A DNA stretch of 64,000 nt from Stegostoma tigrinum. Its lineage: Eukaryota. This document shows positions 63,928 to 64,000 of this stretch, piece after piece (the first letter of the stretch is position 1; every line of letters begins with the position of its first letter). The stretch spans positions 13,493,342-13,557,341 of the forward strand of contig NC_081391.1 of the NCBI RefSeq assembly GCF_030684315.1, given 5' to 3'. The position numbers and the translations under genes are program-made. Below the pieces are notes generated by a model that saw only the letters and a program-made list of their open reading frames with translations, ran no database searches and was not told where the DNA came from.

Positions 63928-64000
63928 ATGGCCTCCCAGATCAGTCAGAACTATCACCAGGATTGTGAAGCTGCTGTCAACAAGCAGATTAATGTGGAGC
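63928..64000 (+). CDS. Ferritin subunit, copy 9, start of exon 1, truncated by the window end
   Basis: ATG GCC TCC CAG ATC AGT... = [24 protein letters not shown]; TATA at 63835; upstream region nearly identical to copy 5. Confidence 0.88.
   Translation, partial: MASQISQNYHQDCEAAVNKQINVE

Noticed and set aside
1-64000. CRISPR array, operon, or prokaryotic RT-associated defence system
   Set aside because: The sequence is spliceosomal-intron-containing vertebrate DNA. Repeats are multi-kb gene duplications and the RT sequences are ordinary LINE or Penelope relics.

Overview
Vertebrate genomic DNA, most likely a shark or ray (inferred from tRNA-derived HE1-type SINEs, CR1/HER1-type LINEs and Penelope-like elements). 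The whole window is a head-to-tail tandem array of at least nine + strand ferritin genes. Each has 4 coding exons of 102/147/126/156 nt with phase-0 introns and encodes 176 aa; starts are about 7-10 kb apart. Copies 3, 4, 5 and 8 are intact and copies 1 and 9 are cut by the window edges. Copy 2 has lost its promoter; copies 6 and 7 are pseudogenes. Every copy with exons 2 and 4 in the window carries the light-chain-type ferroxidase substitutions E62K and Q141E (human H numbering), while the intact copies keep E27 and H65. No canonical iron-responsive element is visible in the short 5' UTRs. Seven copies share a ~200 bp promoter module (DR1, two inverted CCAAT boxes, ACGTGGCA, CRE/ETS-like motif, TATA). 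Exons and 3' UTRs are near-identical while introns fall into diverged subtypes, which reveals a higher-order duplication and chimeric genes. Most ORFs in the supplied track are intronic noise or decayed retroelements.
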